From: Raillietiella orientalis
Lineage: Eukaryota
DNA length: 64,000 nucleotides
Assembly (NCBI GenBank): GCA_036172245.1
Contig: JAYWIR010000007.1
Coordinates: 4,960,001-5,024,000 of the forward strand
Direction: 5' to 3'
Below the pieces are notes generated by a model, which had not been told where the DNA came from, did not search any database, and saw only the letters and a list, made by a program, of their open reading frames with translations. Of the stretch, positions 50,022 to 62,379 are shown in pieces. Made by a program: the position numbers and the translations under genes. Every line of letters starts with the position of its first letter. Position 1 is the stretch's first letter.

Positions 50022-50859
50022 TCCGGCTATCCAGTTTGGTGGAAACTATGTCAACCTCATTCTCTAGATCGCATCCATCCCTCGTACTGCTCGCCTGTGG
50101 GATTCTGTGAGTCAGCCTGGTCCTTCAGGCGATAGGTCCCTGCTGTACCAGACATTGTATGAGGCAGCTTACCTTCTCATCTTATCTGAATGCAGCAATG
50201 AGACTCCTGGCTTCCGGAGAAACGCTTCAGCTTCGGGATCGTCAGCATCGGCTTTCATTGTGATCTGCCTCTCGGAGAGGCTGGAGGGGAGCGTAGCGCC
50301 AACAGTTGGTGCTCCCTTCTCCCCTCCCCCCTCTTCCTGCGCGGAAGAGCCACTCGTGTGTGCTCAGACAAAGTAATCATCGCGTGATGAAAAGCGCCTG
50401 GCAGCATCACCAGCCACGCTCGAGGGGTGCGAGTCCTCGCCCCGCCTTCGCTCGCCCGGCACGTCGTTTCTTCAGAGGACGGGATTCGCTTCGGCCGGCT
50501 GCTGCTCGCGCTAGCGGCGCCCCCAAGGCCTAGTCATGGGGATTGCGCGCGCGCAGGGGGGTGCGCGGAACGCGGGACGGGAAGCCGTGGCACGTGGTCA
50601 CTCTTGCCGTGGCTCGCGGCACGCCGGTCCTGTCCATAGCAGGCGCGAAGACCCACCGAAGAGAGTCGAGGTGGCGAAGGGACACCGGAAGTGGAGAGAC
50701 ACTCGATTTTCACCCGGGTTTCGCCGGGGCGTTTATTATAAAAAGAAACTTTAACAAAGACGTGCAGTGGCTGGAACACTGGTCCAGCCACGCACGAAGA
50801 AACACAGAGCCTGCCGGGTCACCGGTTCGCAGACCGGCACGGTCCACCACGGCAGCAGG

Positions 50860-53800
50860 AGGAAGGGGGATAAACAAAAGGAAAAGAAAAGGTGGGAGGG
50901 TAGGGGAAGGGATCACTGTTGCTGCTGGGGCCGTTGTATCCTTCGCAGGATGCCGGCAAGCTCTTTCTGAATTCCTGGATCCAGGTGGGGCCACTGCGAC
51001 GCACTCTTCAAAAACTCGGCGGCGTGTTGGATGGCACCCTTATCGCGAGGTCCTCCCGCAGCCTTGCTCCAAGCGGAGACGATCCTGCAAAGGCAGCACA
51101 GGGCTGCTAACGAGGCCTCAGGCCGAAGGGCATCGGCAACGAAGAGGGCTTTCAGTGCGTCCCTGGGGTTGCCGCAGGGGATTCCGATGGCCGCGGCAAA
51201 GTGGAACCAAAGGGGCCGGAGGGCAACACAATCCACAAGTAGGTGGGGGAGGGACTCCCGTTCCCCACACCTAACACAATTGGGGTCGACCGCTCCCCAG
51301 GTCCAGTGGTGTCGGCGGGCGTTGCAGGGGAGTCCCCAGTGCTGCAACAGTAGAGCCAACTCCTGTGGAGAGACACTCGGGTGCATCCTGCTTCCCTAGG
51401 GAACGGCCGGTTTCCGGACAAGGAAGCGGCGTGCGGGAGGAAGTCCACGACTTTGCCCAGGTCTAGTGCTTCGGTGGGAGGAATGAAATCGCCGCCATCG
51501 GTACTGCCGGGGCCCACTCGGAAAGAGGGGCAGCAGCACCGGACGGGGACAGGGCCAAGGAAAGAAGGGAGGATTCCTCTTTGCCTCCCGGGGGAGGGCA
51601 GGCACGTCCGCTGTATCTCAAGCAGCAGTCTCCTTGAGAGATCCAGGGATCCGAAAGATGCCGTCGAGCCCCACGAGCACACGAGAGCCCCCCTCCAGAA
51701 CATGCGTGCAGACAAACCCCACGGAAGAACGGACGGACGAGGAGGGTGCGCTTTAACACGCGGCGTCTCCAGGGGACCTACTAGACTCGCCACCCGGTTC
51801 GTCAACCCGCCAAAATGGCTCTGCCAAGTGTGCAAGGGCGACGGAAAGCGGCTGCTATTTTTCCTCCCTCTCCCTTCCCCGCCCCGTGCCGCATCTGGAG
51901 AGGGGTGAGAATGCCGTTCTTCGGGAGGAGAGCACACAGCATCTCGAAAGCTCCTTCAGTGTGACCATCGCATCCCTAGAGCGGCCGACTCATTTCGGGA
52001 GCCCCACGCGGGGGGTTCAGCGCGCGGAGTTGTTTCTGGAGATCATCCATCCGAGTGGGGGGAGGAGAAACCGCCCCCTATGGCAGCCAGGGTTTTTGGA
52101 GGCGTCTCGAGAAGAGCGACGGATGATCTGCAGCATCCCCGTGCGTTCAACTTCTCTCTCGAGGAGCGAGGGAATCTTGCCGGAGGCCCCACGGGGGCCC
52201 GGAGCTCCTCCTCCTTGTCTGGGTGCGGTCGCCGTGGAAACTCAGTTTCCTCGTTCTGCCGGGGAACCTCGAACTTTGTCTGGCGTGTCGGCAATCCGAT
52301 AGCCGAAGGTGCCGGCGGGATGGTGGGTTGCGTCTGACCTTTGACCCACTCGACAGGGGAACGCGCTTCCCCCGCACGTCCACAGGCGTCGTCGGCCGCT
52401 GCTACAGTTTCCAGGGCCGTGCGCCTCGCAATCCTTCGCAAGCCGTCGCAGAAGGGGCACGGGCACCTCCAGGGGGTGGGGGTCTTGTCCAGGACGCGAT
52501 TGCTACCATGCGCTTCGAGACGGCAGTCGACTGCCGACCACTCCAGAGGAAGACGTAGGTGGGGAGGAGGAGGGTTGGGGTCGTTTCCGCGGAAACGGCG
52601 CCCGGCTTGCTGGCTCGGGGGCAGGGAAGGGAGGAGAGCAGCGGAAGGTTGGACTGCGCGTTCTGGCAGTTCTGCTGCTGCTTCTGCTGGAATTTCTTCG
52701 CGCTTGCCGCAGGCGGTGTCTTCTCGGTGCGCGGCGGCCCGCAGCGGGGGAGGAGGGTTCTCCGAGCTCTCCGAGTGCTCCTGCAGCGCCCTCTGCAGGC
52801 AGCCCGCTCAGAGACGAGGCTGCTGAAGCGGCGGCAGCGGCGGCGGCGCCCATGCTCCGCCACCGGGTGCACGGCGCGTGAGACCCGGCAGACTTTGCCT
52901 CGAACTCCGCCCGAGGCCGGAGGCGAGGCGAGCGGAGAGGCTCGGAAGAGAGCCCTCACTGGTCTGAAGACGACGTCTCAGTGCCTCCCTGGAAACCACC
53001 CGCGCGCCTGCCACCTCCTGACAGCCGCGGACTTGGTGGGCTCGGGAGTTCCAATCCTTCGCGCCTTCAGAAGATTCCGCTCGCAGCGCTCTCGCTCGAG
53101 GACGGCAGTTGCCATTGGCGACCGGAAAAGCCGCGCGCGCGGGAGGAGGAACGCCCACCGCTCGGCCTCAGGGGCGGACAGTTCGTCCGACTCATGGGAC
53201 TGATGGCTGCTGGAGCAACCGTCTCGTACCGACGAGATGGGGGAGGAGTACAGAAAGGTTTCCGGAGTTTCCTTGTCCTTGCCTGGAACAGACCAGGCGC
53301 ACCGGCGGTTGCCGGGGGACTGCTATGACATGGCGCCACGAGGCGGGAAGGCGAAGGAACCCGACTGTCCCCCAGGAGTCCTCGTTCCACCGAACTGAGA
53401 GGAGCCGAAGAACGGTTCCAGGGTTCCCTCGCAAGGGAGTGGCGTCCGGGATGGGACCAGGACGAGCGCGCGTGCCCAAGTGGGGAAGGGGAAGGGGGGA
53501 AATCCCACCGAGGGTGTCGTGGCGGCAGCCGCGTCCTTCTGGAGGACGGGAGACAAGGAGGGATCGCTAACCGCGTGACGATAGCAGCGCCAGGTTCACG
53601 ACACGGGCCCCGAGCGAGCGAAATCGGAGAGGCCAGTATCCCAGGAGATTGCGGGATCGATTCCGACCGGGATTCCCGGGGTTTCCAGACGCCGGAGGGC
53701 GTTTTCCTTGAACTGGAAGTAGCGGCTGAGTGCATCCTGCGCCCCGAGGGAACGGCCGGTTTCCGGGTGAGGAAGCGGCGCGCCTGACGGGGTCCGTGCC
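50860..53800 (-). mobile_element. Collapsed L1/Tx1-like LINE remnant with intact-looking ORF2 C-terminus
   Basis: ORF 50913-51386: LPCNARRHHW...PNCVRCGERESLPHLLVDC (CX2CX7HX4C finger of L1-clade ORF2), then a 3' pyrimidine tail. Upstream pieces look like decayed endonuclease/ORF1 sequence. 51381-51431 recurs at 53730-53781. Confidence 0.8.
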
Positions 53801-54719
53801 CCCGCCGGTCGCCCTCACGCATTCCCATGACAGAGACACTAGAAGCGATGCGTTGCAATCTCTTCTTCGACCCTATCTTCTTTCGGCAAACGCTTCTTTC
53901 CCTCCCTATTTTTCCCTGGCCGTCCAGAAGGGAGAGAGACGGTTTTGAGCGCGCCAACGGGAGCAACCATATGCCAGCATCGCAGAGCGCACTTCACGCC
54001 GCCCTGTCCTTCACAGCCCTGCTTCCTTTCCTGCAGCTGCCCCGTTACGCTCAAGGAGCGCACCTGCCTCTTTTCAATCTGGAAGCTTTTCAATTCCCGA
54101 TTTCTTTTCTTTTCTTTTTTTTTTGTTGCTACTTCTTCCTCTTGTTTCTTTCTTTCTACGCCTCCTCCCGCAACACCTGAGAAGCGCATTCTTGTTTAAT
54201 TACATTCCTGCGGAAGCGCCCCGTCGCTGGACCAGCTTCATGCTGCATCTCAAGCGCATAGAATCAATGCGTTTCCCCGTCTCTCTCCTCGCATTCGCTT
54301 GCAGGGGTCGCCGGTGGCGCCTTCCTGCGATGATTTACGCCGATTGAATTTTCCTGTCCCCCCCCCCCCCCCCCCCCACTTTCTTTCCCGGACGGCGCGA
54401 TGTCGAGACGAGCCGGCCCGCCTTGACCCTCAAGGTCATTACGATGTTCCCCTCTCTTCCGGCGTGCCCCTTCCCTCTTCCTCGGTTCCTCGAAGACGAA
54501 GTGAACGTTTCTCCTCCGTGTTGCTGCCGCCTACCCGCGCGCTCCCCGGACCAGTGGCATTTTCATCCGGGAGCGTCGCAGCGTTTACCGAAAAACAATA
54601 AAAGTTACCGAATGATAGGGCCACTGGCCCTATCAAGCCGTGTCATAGGCACAGCTTGCATAGTGCCAGATGCGCAGACCGGGAAGGATGGCTTCAGCAG
54701 CAGAAGGAGATGGGGAAAA

Positions 54720-55200
54720 TAAATCAAAATAAATAAATAAAAGAAAATAAAAATGCAAATAGAAACAACTCTGGAGGTCACAGGAAGGCGCCACAGCCTG
54801 CTGGAGTCCATCCTCTGCATTCTCTCGAGGATACCGTCAAGTTCTTCATCGGTTTCCTTCGGGTAGGGCCATCTCGTTGCCATCCGCAAAAAAAAACATA
54901 GGGCGAAGTGGATGGTGTCCTCCAAGAACTGCAGCGGAGGCTGGCGTCAGAGCTCCCGCTCCAGGAGGACACAGCACGTGACCTGCACCGTGGTAGTTCT
55001 TCGCAACCGACGGACTCCCGACAGGCGCGGTGATCGCAACATCTGCGCCGTCGTCGCGGCCCACCATGCGCTCGAGACGCATACGCAGCGGAGGGAGGTC
55101 ACCGTGGTGGCAGCCGCCTACTTGAGGGCGCCTGCAAGGTGGCCTCACCTGGAAGAAGTGAAGGCGGCTGTCTCTGGCATCCGGCTGTGCCGGTTCTGGG
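54720..55200 (-). mobile_element. L1/Tx1-like LINE 3' end fragment
   Basis: EDTIHFALCFFLRMATRWPYPKETDEELDGILERMQR, homologous to the other 3' ends, followed by a T-rich tail. Confidence 0.7.
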
Positions 55201-55499
55201 ATGTAATAACGCTCGAGGCTTCTGTTCCTCCCTCTCCTTTTTTATTGCCCTCTCCCATTCTTTCCGGACCTTGCCCGGTTTTTTTCTTCTCAGGAAGGAG
55301 CAGCACCAAAGATCCTTGCCGCATCCCTCCCGTATTTCCACTTTAATTTGTTGCTCCTTCCCTCCCGTTCCGGAATTTTAGAGATCCCGACTCTTGAGTG
55401 TCAGTGGACCTTCCCTCTCAACTTCCTGCGCCTTCGGCTGGGAAGGAACCAGCGTGTTCCCGACTGCTTCACTTTTATTAGATGAGCGCCTCTGCATGA

Positions 55500-56900
55500 T
55501 CGTGCGATAAAGTTCATGCCCTCACTCATTCGAAGTGGATCCCTCTGCTCTGCCTGTGCGCCGGCCGCTTCAGGTGGTGCGCCACCGTTTTTACGCATAC
55601 GCAGCGGATGCTTCTTCTTGAAGAACGCGGAAGCAGGGGGAGTCCAGGTGTTCTGGCAAGCGACCAACATACGAGGGAAGATTTGCGGGCCGCTTGGGCA
55701 GGCCTGCCCCTTGCTGCACCCCAACTCTGTTAAATCCAGTTGCACTTCTCAACCTTTGCTTTCCACTGACGTCCTTGTCGGTTGCCACTTGTTGAAAGGG
55801 AAAAGTTTTCAGCACCGAGTGCTTCATCGCCTGAAGCGATGACACCTTCCTCGTTTCCGCTTGGGCTGAAGATGGGCTTTCCCTCACTAGCATTCGGTTT
55901 ACGAAGCTCATCTCTCATCCCGAAATCCAGGCAGACATCAGCCTTGTTCCTGTTGCCCATCTCCAGATATGTGGCAGTCACCGGAAACCTCGACACGTCT
56001 TCGGGTATCCGGCAACCCATTCCTACGAGCTTGTCTAGATTGCCCTCGTGATCCATGTGCAGATTCTGCTTTAAGCCATGCGCAGAGTCACTCCAAATGA
56101 ATTCCAGCAATCGGTTTTGTTGTGATCTTCTTTGTTCTGCGTTCTTCGCTGTTCGGAATGCTCCCGCTTACACGTTGAATTGTCTCGTGCATTCCTCTGA
56201 TGCCCATGCTCTTACTGCTTCCATGTTTAACTTCGCCGGACTTTGCAGATTTTTCGGATTCACCTCCAGGGATTGGTTTCACCTGATTCTCTTCACTGCG
56301 GTCTCCGCTAGGCTCCCCTCGCTTCTCTTTCAGCTCAGTCCACCACCTCGCCTTTCTCTTCTCCAATGGTCCATTTGGATCATCTTCGGAGGCATACAGG
56401 AAGCGTGTCGTTTTTCCTAAGATAGCAATCACCCACCGGGTTGCACCATCTGCTCGTGATGTGTTGAAAGGGTGCGTTGTGAGAACAGGAAGATGGCTGG
56501 TGGCTCGAACGTGGGCAAGCGGTTTGCTCGTTTCCAAAAGCCTAATGAGTCACTAAGTGAGCCCCAACTTCGAGATTCCAATTCTTCAATTACCCTGGGT
56601 ACTAAAGCCGTTTCCGAAGTTCGCTCCTGATGCTGCATCTGCTGCGCCGCATGTGGGCTTTTTCACGAAACCTTCGTTGATTCCCGCTCGAAGATTATCG
56701 AGCAAATCGGTGCTCGCCGGCATTGCGTCTTCGACCGGCGCATTTCGGCTTCTCTTCGGATGCGCTGATTGAGGGAGCCGCAGGGGGAGAGCGAACGAGA
56801 GGTGGACGCGCGCCAGCTGGGAGTGGGGCAATCTCGGTCCCGAGCACGTCTCCGAGAGTCGAAGGCAAGGGGCGCACCGGTCAGGCGAAGCGGGTGCGCA
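55500..56900 (-). mobile_element. Highly degraded reverse transcriptase of a second non-LTR family
   Basis: Frameshifted pieces in RT order: KPIAGIHL (RPI-like), CRGFR (QxGFR-like), VCLDF (xxLDx), GVQQG (GxxQG). They do not align with the Tx1-like copies. Confidence 0.45.
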
Positions 56901-56949
56901 GAAGGCTTCTGACTGACTCTCTTTCGTCCACGGACTCAGTTCACAAGCA

Positions 56950-58600
56950 GGGCGTCCGGGTTTCCGAAGTCATGTGGGTTTTCTCTCTCGAGGGCTCGCC
57001 TCTTCGTTCGCCCCGACCCATCGCTGGCAGCCTTGTGGTCCGACCTGAGGGTCTGCCCATACCCCTCGGGTGCAGAGCCGCCCTTCCCCTTGCCCTGTCT
57101 TCCAGCGATGGACGCCAGCCTTTTCAACCCCTCTACCTGACTTGGTTAATCCTCATCTTCCGAGCTCCCCTTCAAGGCGCGCTCTCGGCCAACACTCTTC
57201 AAAGGCTGCTGGAAGACTTCGTCCATCTCACGCTGCCTCCCCAACCAGCCCCTTCCCTCTGGAATGGAGCTTCATCCACAAGCGAATCTTCCCTGAAGGT
57301 GTGGTTTTCGAGCGGGACATCGGAGACGAGGATCTGAAGGGAGGTGCAGGGGCGAGAGAGCGAGTCTGCAAAAGGGTGGCAGAAGGCGAAGGGTGCCTTT
57401 CCCGTGCAATAGGGCCCAGGAAACGATTGCGAGGCCGCGTAACTGCGGCCACCACGCTGGTACAGAGTGTCGCGGGTTCGAATTCCGCCCGGGGAAGGAT
57501 CGACGCTGAGAAAACGGGGAGCTGCGACGTGGATTCCGAGTTTCCGCCTCAGGATGACGCTGGTTGGTTTGCAGGATTCCGATGCTAGTAGGAGTAGCCG
57601 GATTCCCCGCCAACTGGTCTCCGGGATTGCGAGTCGACTATCCAAGGCCCTTCTAGGACATCAAGGAGTCCTTCGGGGCTTTCCTCCGCTTGTGAACATG
57701 GAGGCGTCCACTCCTCTCGGGGTAGACCCTCCATCTCGTACCATGGTCGATTGGTGCCTCTCCAGAGTGTGAAGAAGCGCGTGCTACTCCCTTCAGAGCA
57801 CGCCCTTCCAGAGGAATTGAGAAGCACCCCTTTCGAGTTTCTCAGGGGGGGATGAGGGAAGCTTCCAACGCGTTTCACACCGCGGCCCGTTCTGGCAAGA
57901 AAAAGCTGCCGTTCTGGAACGCGACGAGCGCCATCTCTACTTTTTGGAGACGGCCCGACCAGGCTTCTATTATGCAGCAGTCTTCCAACGGAACGCCGAG
58001 ATACTTTAAGTACACTCCCGTGGGGATCCCCATGCGGATCCAGTCCGAGCGTCCTGCCCATGCCGTACCAACGGGGGCGATGAACGACTTTGCCCTGTTC
58101 ACCTCCCAAGCCCGTCCAGGGACTGAGCAGCTCGAAGAAGACTTCGAGCGTGCCTTCCAGATGGAAATGGGGAGCATCAGCAGAAGTTCGTCCCAATAGA
58201 CCGACACGACAGGCGTGCCCGGACACTAACTTGGCAGGGGTGTCAGAGTCTTCTCATGTGCTCTCAGCACCAACTCGAAGTAGATGCTGAGCAGTTGTGG
58301 GCTCCGACTGCCACCCTGTCCTACACCGTGGCGAATGGGCACATCGTACACGCGCCGCTCCTTGCATGAGGGATCGCTCTACGGAACAAAGCAAGCGGCA
58401 TGGCGACAGGAGATCCCATGAGATTTTCCGAGGCAGGGAAATGATGCGAACTGACTCCCCGCTCTCCTCGTCCCAGTGCTGCTCTCCCTAAAGGAAGTAA
58501 AGTGCCACCATCCAGCAAGGTGGAAAACGACGTGCTGCACTGAAGCAAAAAGGAAACTCCTGGGTGCGAGGAGACAACTCGGCAAGTGACGGACGCTACG
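56950..58600 (-). mobile_element. L1/Tx1-like reverse transcriptase remnant
   Basis: HGVGQGGSRSPQLLSIYFE (GVRQGCPLSP), VSVYWDE (YADD decayed), EVNRAKS and KYLGVPL...W..RLQKV, in the expected order. Confidence 0.8.
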
Positions 58601-58649
58601 GGCTAATCCAAAGGACTTTTACGCTGGAACAGCTGCTCGCAATCCCACC

Positions 58650-59280
58650 GGAGGACGTGGAGGGTCCCCAAAATGCTGAAACAGTGGCACCCTCCTCCTC
58701 AAATGGCAAGAGTTGGCACTGCTGGTATTGAGTGGCAGGAGATGAGGTGATGGTGGGGGAATCCCGTGCAAAGACCGCCTTTACCACTGGACGCAGGGGT
58801 AGCATGGACGTTCAGTGTGACAGGTACGGGAAGAAGGAAACCTTCCCACACTTGTTGTTCGACTGTGCTCCCCTCCAACTTTCTTGAGACCATCTCGCGC
58901 GACGATCCCAGGAATCCAGCGATCGTCCCCAGGGACATGTTGAAACGTCTCTTCGTGCCTGGCGCCGCACTATCACCGACTGCGTCCCTCACAGTGCCCT
59001 GCTGTGTCCGCGGAATCACGACGGCAGCCTCGAGCGACAGAAGAAGCCGAAGTGTCAGGGACGCCATCCACTGGGCACGGATCATCCTGAGGACCGCCTC
59101 GAGATGGTTCCACCTGGGCATTATCCAGGCTGATCCTGCCAGAATTCTAAACAGGATACAGAGGATGTCTGGCAACGTACCGTGATCCCTTCCTCTTCCC
59201 CTCGTTTCCCCTTCCCATGTATAATTTCCCTTCCCCTGTTTTGTGTGTCTATTTTCTTTTGTTTTTGTTTTTCCTTCCTC
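58650..59280 (+). mobile_element. L1/Tx1-like LINE 3' end with decayed CCHC finger
   Basis: QCDRYGKKETFPHLLFDC, then RDAIHWARIILRTASRW...ILNRIQR..TGATCCCTTCC and a pyrimidine tract. Confidence 0.8.
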
Positions 59281-59439
59281 CATGCTGCTGGAGCGGATCT
59301 CGTCGCTCTGCGCACTGCTCTTCGATAGGCTCGTTGAACGTCGTGGAACCAAGGGTTCCACATGACCTTTTCTTTTCTTTTTTTTAAAAAAGGAAACGGT
59401 CGAACGGGAGAAAATCGAATCTGCTACCGACCTTAAAAT

Positions 59440-61700
59440 GACCTTGAAAAAGATTACTGGCTGCACCAGAACCCTTCTCCCGGGTCGAAGAGAACTTCTA
59501 ACGCGCCCAGGCATCCAGAAGAACAGGAATCAACAGGGCGCCTCCGGAGCAGGTTCCAAGAAGCGGAATTCCTTTCCACCTCGACTTCGTGGGGGCCGTG
59601 GACGGGTAGGAAATTTGCTGCTCCTGACCTCGACGCCCGCTTTGGGAGTGGACCTCCGGGGACGGCTTCGGGAAGAAACAGACGGACAAGCGGGCGCGAA
59701 CCCGGAACGCGAGCTCTCCCCGGAAGCCAAGCGCGCGGGGATGGCAACGGCAGGCGGCGCAGAGCAGTTCGTTCCATCGCTTTCCGCGCCAAATACTGCG
59801 CGAGACGATGAGAACCTTCATTCGGGAAGGTGGCTGACAGCATGCAGGGGAACTCGGTCCTGGGGTCCTCCTCTCCACGCCCAGTCGATTTCCGTGGCAA
59901 CCGAAGCTGCGGACCGAGGTCCTCGCGCTTGGCGCGTTTCCGTGCTTCTCTGCCACTCCAACGTGGGGCGAAACCCGCGACTTCTTGGATCCGCCTGCTG
60001 CTCGAGTCGGAAGTCTCGCGCCGCTTCCGAGGATAGATCCCTCAACTTCTCGCTCTACCGATGTTTTCATAGGGCATTTCATAGGGAATTCCCGGCTTTC
60101 CGGGAGGTCCGCTCGCCCGTCTTCGAGACTCTTCGGCAACTTTCCTCGATCCCCGGACCCATGGAAGATGTTGGAGATTTCATGAAGTCCATTCTTCTAC
60201 CCGAACTGGCGTGTTCCGAGGGGAGCAACGTGTTCTTCCCCCTCCTCTCTTTCCCGGAAATCCACCTGGGTCAGCCTATGACGGTGCTTCGGGCATGCAC
60301 CGTCGCAACCCAGCTGCTGCTTCAGCAAGGAGTCTTCCATTCTGGAAGGAGTCCTCCTGTTCCTCGACTCCAGCCGGAGGATGTCTCACTCTGGCGAGAC
60401 GCCAAGGGTGCTGAGCATCCAGGAGTAGGGCGGCCCGATCACCCCTCCACACGCGCGCACGGATGGTACTCAGCGCGCTGGAGGGATCACGGCGGCCCGG
60501 AACTCCAGGAGAAATGGCCGAGATGGCAGAGACGCCATCCACTGGGCACGGATCTTCCAGAAGACCGCCTCGAGATGTCCCCGACTGGGAGAGACACGAA
60601 CGAAACGTGCCAGCATTCCGAACATGATGCCGAGGACGCCTGGCAGCGTACTGCGATCCCTTCCTCGCTCCCCCCCCCCCTTCCGGCGTACGGACGCCCC
60701 ATCCGTTTTTCGAGTAGCTGCTCGAAATCCCCGGTCGCGAGCCAGGGAGACCGCACAGCTGGGTCTATTTTTGAGCAGAACGGTCGCTGTGCCTCTCCAG
60801 CGTCCGTGTTCCCGCATCTGCGTCTGCACCTCTCGTCCTCCTGCGGAAGTCCTTTGTGGGCGATTCCTTCTCCTTCCTCCTGGACAGCATCTTCTCCATC
60901 TTGTTCTGCTGGCTGAGTTCCGGCTATCCTCGATTCCTGAGGGTCACGGACGTTTCTCCCTTCTGAGGTCTCCGGTGTGGACGCGATGGAGAGAGGCTCT
61001 GCCCTTCGTCTCCTGGATCGGAGAAGCTTTCTAAGCGTCCACAGGTTCCCGGTTTCCCGCCTCGCATTTCCCGCCTCGAGCCGAGGCGCCGCAGCGCCGA
61101 AGGTTGGGATTGCAGCGAGATGTCTCGGGGCGAATTTCCGGGCGGCATGAGCTCCTCGTCCATTCGGGGGAGGGGGAGAGATTTAAGAAGGGAGGAAGCA
61201 GGGGAACGCGGTGCCGACCGCATCCTGGGCTTCCTAACTCCTGGCTTCGCAGGTCTCCAGATCTGGAGAGATGCGCGAGAGCAGCAGCCGGAAGGATGAG
61301 AAGCACCAGGGGCTGCTTTCCTGAAGAGCGCAGCTCCCCTGAGTGCAGAGCTCCACGAGCGTTATTGGGGGAACAACAGAGCGCTGGACCAGAGGCAGCA
61401 AGTCAAAACCACCGAGGAAGCCAAGAACGATTCGTCAAAGCAGAGGAACGCCTCCTCCCCTTCCCTCCCTCCTTCCACGCGAGCGGCCAGAGCCGAGGTG
61501 CACCTGCCACCCTGCCGGTGTCTCCTCCGGCGGCACTCCGGAGAACTTGTGGGAACATCTCACCGAGGAAAGAGGAGGGGAACGCGCCGGGACACTCACT
61601 CCCTCCTTCCAGGGTTGGATAGAACCACGGGTGATCCGAGAGAAACGCTTGCGGATAGCTTCTACGGGGCGAACCCGTGGACAGGAGACCAGGAGTCGCA
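59440..61700 (+). mobile_element. Further degraded L1/Tx1-like ORF2 fragments
   Basis: 60500-60670 repeats the gacgccatccactgggcacggatc...gaccgcctcgagatg 3' segment of 59060-59190. The flanks contain scrambled ORF2-like pieces, so boundaries are approximate. Confidence 0.6.
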
Positions 61701-62379
61701 GCGAGTACGAAGGGCAAGGTCCCTTCCGCGTGCAGTATCCATCTCCGGAAGCAGCCGGTCGTTCCGCGAGCGCAATCTCTCATATGTAAAAAACTCCTGG
61801 AGGGATGATATCTCGGTCGATAGTCCATCCACGGATGCGGGATCGGAATAGCGAATGTCACGCGAGAGCCGACGCGTGGTGCGTTTGGAGGGCTTGCGGA
61901 CCCTCTTTGGCGGAGAACGGGAGCTGCAGAGGATGCGAAGGATCACAACTTTGGCACGTTACAGCAACCTCCGAACCGTTGCAGCACCTGCTCAGGCCGC
62001 GCGCAACGCAGAAGTGAAAGAGGAAACGGAAACGGTGGGTGGAGAATGATGGAGGTGGTCGTCGATCGCAAACGCGGAGTGGAAATTGATCAGGGATGCT
62101 GGAAGGCGCTCTTCTTCGGGGGAAGGAAGCGCTCGTGAGTTCGCGCAGAGGAGACGCAAGCAGGTGAAAAAGATGCTGCTGTCAAATCTGTATTGACAAC
62201 CGGTTGCGCGCGGGGGGGGGGGCTTATTTATATGAAAAATAAACATTCAGGTCGGTGTCAGGACGCTTGGTCCTGCCATGTTATAAATATAGAAAAAGAG
62301 ACCTACCGAGTACCAGCACGCGGGCCGGAGAGGTTCACCTCGGAAATAGAGGAGAAAGGAAGGGAGGGGAAACATAAAA

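Noticed and set aside
49691..50110. Poly-Leu 'membrane protein' ORF
   Set aside because: An artefact of the (CTN)n repeat; there is no splice or domain support.
57470..57495. tRNA T-loop/B-box-like GGGTTCGAATTCC
   Set aside because: No cloverleaf or A-box, and it sits inside LINE ORF2-derived sequence. The same applies to gcttcgaatcc near 42352.
59438..60916. 492-aa ORF on + strand
   Set aside because: It runs through degraded LINE sequence mostly out of the ancestral frame, with no intact RT motifs.
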